Virus record (IMG/VR): IMGVR_UViG_3300044788_000040
Location: 1 to 43,780 of that record
Source: a virus
Taxonomy: Duplodnaviria > Caudoviricetes
Reading direction: 5' to 3' (one strand)
DNA length: 43,780 bases
The position numbers and the translations under genes were made by a program. Under the pieces are notes generated by a model. That model saw only the letters and a list, made by a program, of their open reading frames with translations, ran no database searches and was not told the DNA's origin. This document shows, in pieces, positions 36,334-43,780 of this stretch (within the stretch, counting starts at the first letter, position 1; each line of letters starts with the position of its first letter).

Positions 36334-37955
36334 AGCAGCCCCTCCTGCCGGTCCGCATCCGCCAGCATGTAGCCGCGCGTTCCGGCCCCCACGAGCACCC
36401 CGGATTGAACCAGGCCGGTGAGCACGGGAGCCACCGTTCGGGAGCTGCTGTGGCCGCATGCAGCCGCGAGCTGGGCGCCCGACACGTAGCCCTTGTTCGC
36501 GCGCGCGATCTCGAGCGCGAGCGAGCGCCGGCGCTCTATCTCGGCCGCAAATTCCTCGCGCTTCCGAGTCTCCTTCGCGGTCTTCAGATCCTTCCGGACC
36601 TCGCTCTTCACGTCGTCGACCTCGCCGCGATCCTCGAGCTTGGCGCGCCACTTCCCGAGCAGTTCGACCCGCTCGAATCCCAGCGTGAAGCTCTCGCGCC
36701 GCAGATCAAGATTCCCGCGCATGCGGACTTCCGATAGCTTCTGGTTGCTCTCGTTCCGGATCGGCGTCGTGACGATGATGTTCCGCGCCGTCGCCCCGAA
36801 GTCGCCCGAGCCACGTAGCGACTCGAACGGATCGAGCTTCGCCTCGCCCATCGGCTTCTTCGTGTGATGCAGAAACACGATCGTCGCGCCGGTCTCGTCG
36901 CCAAGCTCGGTCCACGCCTTGGTGAACGCGGAGGCTTCGCGCGTGCTGTTCGGATCGCCGATCATGACGCGCGTGAGGTTGTCGATCACGACGAGCACTG
37001 CGCCCCACGCCTTGATCTCGGCCGCGAACCTTCGCTGGTCGGCGGCATCGGGCAGGCGGAGCGTTGCTCGCGAGATGCGCAGGTTCTCGGCGATGTCATG
37101 GTGGTTCGGCGTGGTGTTGCGAGCGCGGGCCAGCTCCCACAGCCGCTTCCGAAGTCGGCGCTTTGAGTCCTCGAGGAACAGCCCGAGCACGCGCGCCGGC
37201 TTCCCCATCGTGTTGTCGAACTTCCCGAGCCACGGCATCCCCATCGCGACCGAGACGCAGAGGTCGAGAGCGCCCCACGTCTTGCCGCCCTTCATCGGTC
37301 CGCCCCACAACGCGGGCTCTCCCCGTGGGATCAAGTCGCGGATGATCCAGTCCTCGGAGTCGTCCTCGTCGGGCTCGCTGTCGCCGAGGTAGTCGACCAG
37401 CGGCAGGCACCACCGCGTCTTGCGGGCTCGGGCCGCGATGCTGTGGTCAACCTCGATTCGCTGCAGCTCGCCGACGGTCTCGGCCAGGAGCTCGTCGGGA
37501 TCGTGCGGCCACCCCATCGCGCGCTCGGTGGCCGACGCGAGGGTCAGGATCATCCGGCGGTTCCGCGCGAGCGTCCGCACGGTGTCGCGGTAGGCGAGCA
37601 CGTTGCTCGCGATCGGCATGCGGAGCACGAGCTCGCCGATGAACGCGATCCCGCCGATCGAGTCGAGCCTGCCCTGGCGCTCGATCTCGACCTCGAGCGT
37701 CACGACATCGATCGGGCGCTCGAGCTCGCGGAGTGTTCGCATCGCCGAGAACACGATCCGGTGGCGCGGATCGTAGAAGTCATCCGGCTCGAGCTCGGTC
37801 ATCTCGTCGAGCGTCGAGCTGTCGAGGATGAGTCCTCCGAGGATCGCGGCCTCAGCGTCGAGGTTGCGCGGGAGCTGCTTCCGATCGACGCCAGCGGCCG
37901 CGAGTCCGCGCCTCCGACTCGATCCGTTGGTTCCTTCGGCGAGCGACACGTTCAC
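36330..37955 (-). CDS. Replicative helicase: DnaB N-terminal domain fused to AAA_25/RepA-like ATPase
   Basis: PRNLDAEAAILGGL, DDFYDPRHRIVF; GPMKGGKT; LVVIDNL; FLHHTKK; LRGSGD. Confidence 0.85.
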   Translation of the reverse strand: MNVSLAEGTNGSSRRRGLAAAGVDRKQLPRNLDAEAAILGGLILDSSTLDEMTELEPDDFYDPRHRIVFSAMRTLRELERPIDVVTLEVEIERQGRLDSIGGIAFIGELVLRMPIASNVLAYRDTVRTLARNRRMILTLASATERAMGWPHDPDELLAETVGELQRIEVDHSIAARARKTRWCLPLVDYLGDSEPDEDDSEDWIIRDLIPRGEPALWGGPMKGGKTWGALDLCVSVAMGMPWLGKFDNTMGKPARVLGLFLEDSKRRLRKRLWELARARNTTPNHHDIAENLRISRATLRLPDAADQRRFAAEIKAWGAVLVVIDNLTRVMIGDPNSTREASAFTKAWTELGDETGATIVFLHHTKKPMGEAKLDPFESLRGSGDFGATARNIIVTTPIRNESNQKLSEVRMRGNLDLRRESFTLGFERVELLGKWRAKLEDRGEVDDVKSEVRKDLKTAKETRKREEFAAEIERRRSLALEIARANKGYVSGAQLAAACGHSSSRTVAPVLTGLVQSGVLVGAGTRGYMLADADRQEGLL

Positions 37956-38164
37956 CCGGGCTCCTCGGTGCGGGGTGGCGCGACACACGACGCGATGAAG
38001 TCAGCGACCGCTTTCGACACCGCTGGCTTGCTCGGCATCCCGTGGCGCACGCGCTCGAGCTCGAGGAGAAACGCGTCGACCTGCTCGACCTCCTCGATGC
38101 TGCTGATCGCGAGCCGTCGCCCGATGTCGCGCACGAGGGCGCTTTGGCGATCGTGGTTGCTCAT
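37952..38164 (-). CDS. Hypothetical protein
   Basis: 70 aa, coupled overlaps. Confidence 0.6.
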   Translation of the reverse strand: MSNHDRQSALVRDIGRRLAISSIEEVEQVDAFLLELERVRHGMPSKPAVSKAVADFIASCVAPPRTEEPG

Positions 38165-38601
38165 CGCGCCTCCGCGGATTCAGGAACCATCGACCATTTA
38201 GCGAATCGAGCTCGGCGCCGATCGCGTTCGCTCTCGCCGGGGATGCTGGGGAGCTTCGGCGTTCGCAGGCTGCGCAACCTCGCCGCGATCACGTCGGCTG
38301 GGGAGCAACGGAGCCACGCGATGAAGGCCAGAAGTTGCTCGCTCGCTGTAAACCATTCGCCGTTTCGTCGGTCGCTGGCGAACATGCGATGCAGCACGTA
38401 CTCCTGCCGGGTTGTTCCTCGGATCGAGATCAGCAGCCGGATCGGCGTTGGCGATTGACTACTGAGATGCCTCAGCCGACGTTCGACGTTGTCGGTGATG
38501 CCGATCTTGATCACTCCAACAGCAGGCGCCTCCACGAAGTAGAGGTGATGCCTCACAGAGCTGTCCCGTGAAGCAATGTGCTTCCGACCGCTACGACTCA
38601 C
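38161..38601 (-). CDS. GIY-YIG-like (T5orf172/MUG113) protein
   Basis: LYFVEA...IKIGITDNVERRLRHL...EYVLHRMF...GEWF. Confidence 0.8.
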   Translation of the reverse strand: MSRSGRKHIASRDSSVRHHLYFVEAPAVGVIKIGITDNVERRLRHLSSQSPTPIRLLISIRGTTRQEYVLHRMFASDRRNGEWFTASEQLLAFIAWLRCSPADVIAARLRSLRTPKLPSIPGESERDRRRARFAKWSMVPESAEAR

Positions 38602-38822
38602 GCCGACGCCGCGACCTTGGCCTTGGGGATCCGTCCGTAGAATCGCTCCATCGTCACGTCGAGGGCGGTCGCGATGGCTTCGAGGTTGCCGTTGCCAGGT
38701 GCGTATTCGCCCTTCACCCAGGCGGTCACCGCCGCAGGCGATACACCCACGGCGACCGCGAGGTCCTTCTGGGTCATCCCCCGCACCTTGAGCCACGCGC
38801 TGATACGGGTTCCGAGATCCAT
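38598..38822 (-). CDS. XRE-family HTH regulator (Cro-like)
   Basis: GMTQKDLAVAVGVSPAAVTAWVKG; first gene of leftward lytic operon. Confidence 0.9.
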   Translation of the reverse strand: MDLGTRISAWLKVRGMTQKDLAVAVGVSPAAVTAWVKGEYAPGNGNLEAIATALDVTMERFYGRIPKAKVAASA

Positions 38823-38827
38823 GTTGT

Positions 38828-38870
38828 GATTTAGTCCGAGTGAATCTAGCCTGTCAAGTCTGGGTGAATG
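38828..38870. promoter_or_regulatory. Leftward promoter (TTGACA-N17-CTAAAT) with two 19-bp operators
   Basis: GATTTAGTCCGAGTGAATC (38828-38846) and TGTCAAGTCTGGGTGAATG (38852-38870). Confidence 0.65.
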
Positions 38871-39266
38871 GTGGACGTGTTGTCATCGATGTTCGAGATG
38901 GCCAAGCGACCGCGGTCCGCCGAGCGCCAGGTCCACCCCACCGGGGAGCGCTGGACCGTCGACGACTCGTGGAAACAGAAGGTCCGCGACGAGCTCGTGA
39001 AGCGCGAATGGTCGCAGGCAGATCTCGCAGAAAAAATAGATGCGGTTCCTGCGTCGATTACCAACCTGCTCAAGCCAGGAACGTCACAGAGCCGGCTGAT
39101 CAGGCGCATCCAGAAGGTGTTCGGTTGGGTCGACACGATCGCGCCGGTGTCGGCGATCGAGCGGGATGACGCGCTTCGTCGTCTTCAACGGAGATGGGGC
39201 TCACTCTCCGATGAGGAACGACAGAACGTCGCGGCGATCGTAGAATCCTTAGCAGCCAAGCGCTAA
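38868..39266 (+). CDS. XRE-family HTH regulator (repressor-like)
   Basis: WSQADLAEKIDAVPASITNLL; divergent from Cro-like gene; start could be 38889 or 38898. Confidence 0.8.
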   Translation: MVDVLSSMFEMAKRPRSAERQVHPTGERWTVDDSWKQKVRDELVKREWSQADLAEKIDAVPASITNLLKPGTSQSRLIRRIQKVFGWVDTIAPVSAIERDDALRRLQRRWGSLSDEERQNVAAIVESLAAKR

Positions 39267-39352
39267 TCCGGATCGGACTGCGCGGCTGTTCAGACCCCAC
39301 GTATATAACTGCGTCTTCAACAAGGCGTAGCCGACATGTGGAGGCGATACCG

Positions 39353-39514
39353 ATGGCTCGACGACCCGCACCGACGCGCACTCGCGCAACCCCGCTCTCG
39401 ATCGTCAACAAGCTCGCACGAGCACCCGAGGATCTGCTTCTCGTCGTGCTGCTCGTGGAGGCGCTCGGCAGGGATCGCCCATCTATTTCTCGACGGAGCG
39501 TACACCTAGACTGA
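39353..39514 (+). CDS. Possible 53-aa protein
   Basis: GGAGG RBS; MARRPAPTR...LLLVVLLVEALG. Confidence 0.35.
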   Translation: MARRPAPTRTRATPLSIVNKLARAPEDLLLVVLLVEALGRDRPSISRRSVHLD

Positions 39515-39559
39515 ATCGGAACCTTGACAGCTACCCGCGCGATTCAGTATAGGTGAACG
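39499..39559 (+). promoter_or_regulatory. Rightward early promoter (TTGACA-N18-TATAGG) with two 19-bp operators
   Basis: GATTCAGTCTAGGTGTACG (minus, 39499-39517) and GATTCAGTATAGGTGAACG (39541-39559). Confidence 0.65.
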
Positions 39560-39560
39560 C

Positions 39561-39728
39561 ATGGGAACGCATCAACCTCGGCGTCTCGAAGTCGAAACCG
39601 GCCTCGACACCTGGCAGCGCGGCACCGTCCAGTACCGCACTCCGGACGGCGCGATCGCGGTCAAGCTCGACGGCGAGACCCGCGTCGACTTGTGGGACCC
39701 GAACCGCTGCCGTGAGGTCGAGTCGTGA
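39561..39728 (+). CDS. 55-aa early protein
   Basis: ATG directly after promoter; GTGA overlap with next ORF. Confidence 0.6.
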   Translation: MGTHQPRRLEVETGLDTWQRGTVQYRTPDGAIAVKLDGETRVDLWDPNRCREVES

Positions 39729-40030
39729 GCGGCGACTCCTTCCCCGGCGAGATCGACCACGACTGGGAGCGCGACAACCGCGTAGACCGCGACTTCGAGC
39801 GCGAGCCTTTTCGAACGCCCCCGGTGGTCACGATCGACGACCAGCTCGAGCGCTCGGCGCTGATCGGCAGGTGCGACCACGCCGCGATCAAGCTCGACGA
39901 CGCGCGCTGGTCGTCGCTCCGGTTCGACGGCCTGCAGCAGATCGAAGCCGACGACATCGGTCCCGCCGAGACGCTGGAGTGCCGAACCTGTCACTGCGGA
40001 TCGTCGCTCGCGCGGACGGTGAAGCCGTGA
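39725..40030 (+). CDS. Hypothetical protein with C-terminal CxxCxCG
   Basis: LECRTCHCGSSLAR. Confidence 0.65.
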   Translation: MSGDSFPGEIDHDWERDNRVDRDFEREPFRTPPVVTIDDQLERSALIGRCDHAAIKLDDARWSSLRFDGLQQIEADDIGPAETLECRTCHCGSSLARTVKP

Positions 40031-40527
40031 GCATCGACCCGCGAATCTACCGCCTCCGTGTCGAGCTATTCACGGCCGCTCAAACGCTCAAGGGCGATGA
40101 CCTGCAGGCGTTCGTCGAGCTGATCCGAGATATCTCCGTCGTCCTCGACGCCAACCTCCAAGGCCTCGAGCCGCTCACCATCCCGCCGGTCGATCGCTCG
40201 AAGCAGGTCACAACCGACGGGCGCGATCCGGAGGTCGTTCGGCTCGAGCAGCGCGGCGAGACCGGCATGCACAAGTCGTACATCGTGCTGTCCGACGAGG
40301 AACGCGCGAAGGGCTTCGTCCGTCCGGTGCGCCGTTCGTACAAGCATGAGAAGTGCGGAGCGGTCACCACGATGGGCCAGGCGCTGGCCGAGACGTATGC
40401 GCGTGACCCCAGTTTCTACGGGGCCACTTTCTGTGCGACGTGCGGCGCGCACTTCCCAGTCGGCGAGCACGGCGAATTCGTCTGGGTCGGAGATCGATGG
40501 GACGGCAACGAGAAAGTTGGTGTGTGA
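40027..40527 (+). CDS. Phage hypothetical protein with Cys/His cluster
   Basis: YIVLSDEERAKGFVRPVRRSYKHEKCG...TFCATCGAHFPV; GTG start 40027. Confidence 0.75.
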   Translation: MSIDPRIYRLRVELFTAAQTLKGDDLQAFVELIRDISVVLDANLQGLEPLTIPPVDRSKQVTTDGRDPEVVRLEQRGETGMHKSYIVLSDEERAKGFVRPVRRSYKHEKCGAVTTMGQALAETYARDPSFYGATFCATCGAHFPVGEHGEFVWVGDRWDGNEKVGV

Positions 40528-40724
40528 TGGACGAGACCAACATCTTTCTCAACCTGCTGATCGCTGCGATGCAGGACGCCGTCCTCACCGGCCACATCTC
40601 GCAGCTTCAAACGACGATCACGCCAGAGGGCACGAGCAAGGCGAAGTTGCTGCGCATCATCGTGGTCCCCGAAGAGATGGAGATCGTTCGCCCGCTCGGT
40701 GGCGAGTTCAAGAGGCCGCTGTGA
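40527..40724 (+). CDS. 65-aa hypothetical protein (paralog of 41600-41743)
   Basis: LIAAMQDAVLTGHISQLQTT. Confidence 0.65.
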   Translation: MDETNIFLNLLIAAMQDAVLTGHISQLQTTITPEGTSKAKLLRIIVVPEEMEIVRPLGGEFKRPL

Positions 40725-41233
40725 GCGAGAAAGCCTCGCCGAAGAAAGCCGCGGAGGATAAGGCGCGCCGCGAGAGATACGCTGCGCTCGGCCTGTGTCG
40801 GCTCGGCAAGTCCCACGGCCCACCGGTCAGCGGCAAGCTCTGCCAGGCGTGCCGCGATCGCGCGACCGAGAACCAGCGGATTCGCAAGGCCAGGCGCAAC
40901 GAGCTACTCCGCGCGATCCTGAACGAGCACGAGAACCGACGACGAGACGCTCGGCTCGCCCGCATCCCGCAGCGTCCGATCCCGCTCCCGACGATCCACG
41001 CCAAGCGTCGCCTCATCACCGAGCTGACGTTCAAGGGCGAGGACCGCATCTCTCGCGCGATGCGTGAGGCTCGCGAGGTCACGCCCTGGAAGGGTGGAGA
41101 GCGCGAACACTTCGATCGCCGCGTCTCGAAGGAATTCCACCGGCGACTCGCGCTCTACGGCATCGCCGTCGAGACCAACGCAGGCGTGCTCCACCCGCCG
41201 ATCGAACTACTGCCCCGTCGGAGGTCCGCTTGA
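40721..41233 (+). CDS. Basic hypothetical protein with Zn-finger-like motif
   Basis: GLCRLGKSH...LCQACRDR. Confidence 0.6.
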   Translation: MSEKASPKKAAEDKARRERYAALGLCRLGKSHGPPVSGKLCQACRDRATENQRIRKARRNELLRAILNEHENRRRDARLARIPQRPIPLPTIHAKRRLITELTFKGEDRISRAMREAREVTPWKGGEREHFDRRVSKEFHRRLALYGIAVETNAGVLHPPIELLPRRRSA

Positions 41234-41415
41234 AGAAAACACCGAGCGTCGTGCAACTGCCGGGCGGTGTCCGGCTCAACGGCGTGCCGTTCAAGATCAC
41301 CGGGTACGACGTCAACGGCGCGCCCAAGACCTTCGAGATCCTGCCCTCGGACGCGTCGCACCGGGATTGCGTGCTGTTCGCCGACGAGCGGTGGATCAGG
41401 AGCAAGCACCGATGA
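41230..41415 (+). CDS. Hypothetical protein
   Basis: 61 aa, coupled overlaps. Confidence 0.6.
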   Translation: MKKTPSVVQLPGGVRLNGVPFKITGYDVNGAPKTFEILPSDASHRDCVLFADERWIRSKHR

Positions 41416-41600
41416 TCTGGATGCTCATCTTCTCGTTCTCGCTCTCGGGCCTCATCGCGATCGTCTGGGTGTTCGCGATCGATCGCGCCGAGGACCGTCG
41501 CATGTCGATGATCGAAGGTCCGCATCGGATGCCGCGCGCGGTTCGGCGCCGGATGAAGAAGTCGCGCGCGGATCTGCGACGAGCACTGAGGAATCGCTGA
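41412..41600 (+). CDS. Small membrane protein
   Basis: MIWMLIFSFSLSGLIAIVWVFAI plus basic tail. Confidence 0.6.
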   Translation: MIWMLIFSFSLSGLIAIVWVFAIDRAEDRRMSMIEGPHRMPRAVRRRMKKSRADLRRALRNR

Positions 41601-41743
41601 TGTCGACCGAAGCGGACATCTTCATCGGGATCCTGATCGCAGCGATGGAGGACGCGGTGACGACCGGCCACATCTCGCAGCTGCAAACCACGATGATCGA
41701 CAACGCAGCAGAGCAATTCCTACGACGAGCGAGGTCACGGTGA
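41600..41743 (+). CDS. 47-aa hypothetical protein (paralog of 40527-40724)
   Basis: LIAAMEDAVTTGHISQLQTT. Confidence 0.5.
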   Translation: MSTEADIFIGILIAAMEDAVTTGHISQLQTTMIDNAAEQFLRRARSR

Positions 41744-41812
41744 TCTCGACTCCACAAGTTTCCCAAGCACAGCACCCATCACACCGACGGGATTGCTTGG
41801 GCGGAGCACGAC

Positions 41813-42514
41813 ATGACCAAGACGAAGGAAGCGACGAAGACAGAGGCAGAACCGAAGCCGCAGATCATCACGATCAAGCCACCGAACATCCAGACGATCG
41901 AGTTGACGATCGAGGGAACTGCGCCGTACGTGCAGCACAAGTTCAGCGCGAAAGCGAAGGCGCAGATCAAGGCGACTCAGGAAGCCGGATCGGTCGACAA
42001 GTCGAAGAAGGTACGCAGCTCGAAAGACTTCGAGGAGGTCTATCGGCAGGCGTTGCACGTAGGGATCGACGGGCGCTACGGAATTCCGGCGCCTGCGTTC
42101 CGCAACGCTGCGATCAGCGCGTGTCGGCTGATCGGTTTCAAGATGACGATGGCGAAGATGGCGATTTTTGTACTCGCCGACACGCTCGATGCAGACGAGC
42201 GCTCACCTCTGGTTCACATCAATCCGGCGAGCAAGGCGACGCTCGCGAAACAGGGAATCTCCGACGAGCAGCCCCATCTGTTCATGAGCCACGCCCGCAA
42301 CGACAACGGCAGCGTCGATCTGCGTGCTCGACCGATGTGGGATCCAGGTTGGACCGCGCAGCTCCGCATCCAGTTCGATGCGGACGTGTTCAGCCCGACG
42401 GACGTGGCGAACCTGATCGCACGCGTTGGTGCTCAAGTCGGGGTCGGCGAGGGTCGACCGGACTCGAAGGACAGCGCGGGCGTCGGTTGGGGGACGTTCA
42501 AGATCGTTGGCTAG
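41813..42514 (+). CDS. Second stand-alone Cas7/RAMP-like protein (233 aa)
   Basis: IELTIEGTAPYVQH, YGIPAPAFRNAAISAC, LRARPMWDPGW, Gly-rich loop GVGEGRPDSKDSAGVGWGTF. Confidence 0.82.
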   Translation: MTKTKEATKTEAEPKPQIITIKPPNIQTIELTIEGTAPYVQHKFSAKAKAQIKATQEAGSVDKSKKVRSSKDFEEVYRQALHVGIDGRYGIPAPAFRNAAISACRLIGFKMTMAKMAIFVLADTLDADERSPLVHINPASKATLAKQGISDEQPHLFMSHARNDNGSVDLRARPMWDPGWTAQLRIQFDADVFSPTDVANLIARVGAQVGVGEGRPDSKDSAGVGWGTFKIVG

Positions 42515-43122
42515 GCGGGACGAGACGAGGGGCTTGGCAGGCGAGGCACGGCGCGGCCTGGCGCGGCGATGCATGGCGCGGCGAGATCTTGGGGAGGCAA
42601 CGCAGGCGGGGACACGCGAGGCTCGACGAGACCGGGATGGGCCCGGAGCGATACGACACGGCAGCGCAGGCGGGGCGAGGCCACGTTGGGCCCGGAGTGG
42701 CACGGCAGGGCCTGGCTGGATTCGCAGCACATCGCTGCGCAAGGCTGCGCTGGGCAGGCAAGGCTGGGCTGGGTGCGTCGCGGCGAGGCTGGGCACGGCA
42801 ACGCAGGAGTCGCCAGGCGGGGCTTGGCTCGGCATGGAATTGCGTGGCACGGCAGGCATGGCAAGGCGCGGCGTGGCGCGGCGCGGCATGGCGAGGCAGG
42901 CGAGGCAGGCAAGGCGCGGCGAGGCGAGGCGAGGCCCGGCCAGACTTGGCATCGCAGGCGACGCAGGACGTGGCTGGGCCCGGCCCGGACTCGCAAGGCA
43001 GGGCATCAACGGCAGGCACGGCGTGGCGCGGAGAGGCATGGCCAGGCATGGCGAGGCAGGCATGGCATGGCATGGCAGGGCCAGTACGGGCGTGGAATGG
43101 CACGGACACGCAGGCGTGGATT
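42515..43122 (+). repeat. ~600-nt GGC-NN pentamer array punctuated by 4-nt (G/C)GCA spacers (putative multi-guide precursor RNA)
   Basis: e.g. GGCA|GGCAT GGCAA GGCGC GGCGT GGCGC GGCGC GGCAT GGCGA|GGCA; fills the gap between RAMP stop and next RBS. Confidence 0.92.
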
Positions 43123-43141
43123 CAACAACAGGAGATCTCGA

Positions 43142-43618
43142 ATGACTGACTACGCATTCTCACGGCCCATGCGAAAGGGCATCGACGCGAACGACGTCGG
43201 CCGTTCGATTCAATCGCTCGTCGACAAGCACGGCGAAGCTCGACCCGAGCATATCGTCAAGGCGGCGCGTAGCGAGAAGCATCCGCTACACGCCCACTTC
43301 GAGTGGGACGACAGCGAGGCAGCGAAACAGCACCGACTCGAACAAGCACGCTACGTCCTGCGCGCGGTGACGATCGTTCGCGAGGATCGACCGGACGTCA
43401 CCATCCGCGCGTTCGTCAACGTCGAGCGCGAAGGTGCGTGGAATCCGATCGATGTCGTGCTCGCGAGCCCGACTGGACGAGAGCAGCTGCTCGCCCAAGC
43501 GCTCTCGGATCTCCAAGCGCTGTCCCGCAAATACCACGTCCTCGAAGAACTCGAAGACGTGAGGTCGGCGATCGCTCGACTCGCCGACGAGAAGCGTGAA
43601 CAGAAGGAAGCGGCGTAG
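43142..43618 (+). CDS. Accessory protein of second RAMP locus (158 aa)
   Basis: RBS ACAGGAG; HPLHAHFEWDDSEAAKQHRLEQAR motif; start trimmed to ATG 43142. Confidence 0.8.
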   Translation: MTDYAFSRPMRKGIDANDVGRSIQSLVDKHGEARPEHIVKAARSEKHPLHAHFEWDDSEAAKQHRLEQARYVLRAVTIVREDRPDVTIRAFVNVEREGAWNPIDVVLASPTGREQLLAQALSDLQALSRKYHVLEELEDVRSAIARLADEKREQKEAA

Positions 43619-43622
43619 GGCG

Positions 43623-43780
43623 ATGATCGATTCGCCCTGCACCTACGTCACCGATGACAACCGCACCATCCGCGGCTTCATCCGCTCGGTCGGCTGGACC
43701 AACGCCGGTGCGAGCGTCATCGTCGAGATCGAGGGCGGCAAGCTCGTCGAAGTGGTCGCGCGCCTGGTGACGGTCACGCC
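43623..43780 (+). CDS. Partial hypothetical protein running off the window end
   Basis: ATG 43623, open for 52 codons to the edge. Confidence 0.5.
   Translation, partial: MIDSPCTYVTDDNRTIRGFIRSVGWTNAGASVIVEIEGGKLVEVVARLVTVT

Larger units (their letters stand above)
1..43780. mobile_element. Temperate myovirus-type phage/prophage (lambda-like head, Mu-like contractile tail, serine integrase)
   Basis: Integrase, lysis, tail, head, packaging, replication and immunity modules all present; no recognisable host housekeeping genes. Confidence 0.95.

Noticed and set aside
42515-43122. Simple microsatellite or assembly artefact
   Set aside because: Positions 4-5 vary while 1-3 are constrained, phase breaks are regular, and arrays occur only beside the two RAMP-like genes
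41740-43149. Long Arg/Gly/Ala-rich ORFs across the array (41740-43149, 42203-43063, 42426-43145, 42498-43109, N-terminal part of 42569-43618)
   Set aside because: GGC-NN repeats rarely produce stops, so all frames stay open; real genes have RBS-supported starts outside the array

Overview
The window looks like a complete or nearly complete high-GC temperate phage genome with no recognisable host genes. It carries a large serine integrase, a lysis module with a GH25 lysin, a Mu-like contractile tail, a lambda-like head (GpA terminase, lambda portal, protease-capsid fusion), a replication/recombination block (DnaB-N/AAA helicase, SF2 helicase, adenine MTase, HNH, RuvC) and a divergent HTH switch with four 19-bp operators. 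The standout is two separate loci, each pairing a stand-alone Cas7/RAMP-like gene with non-coding arrays of 5-nt units made of constant GGC plus a variable NN. No cas1/2/3/10 or conventional CRISPR array is visible. Locus 1 (27968-29766, minus) sits between terS and terL and has its own promoter, four short arrays that each end in a conserved hairpin, and wHTH, RAMP and small-ORF genes between the arrays. Locus 2 (41813-43618, plus) has a ~600-nt array punctuated by 4-nt (G/C)GCA spacers. This is a candidate phage-encoded RNA-guided system with a non-contiguous guide code. It resembles my recollection of recently reported VIPR-type systems, which I have not verified. Also seen: a seven-copy TTGAC-N14-GTGATCCTGA late-promoter motif, a -1 tail-chaperone frameshift and a rearranged baseplate operon. 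All product calls come from motif recognition by eye, with no database searches.
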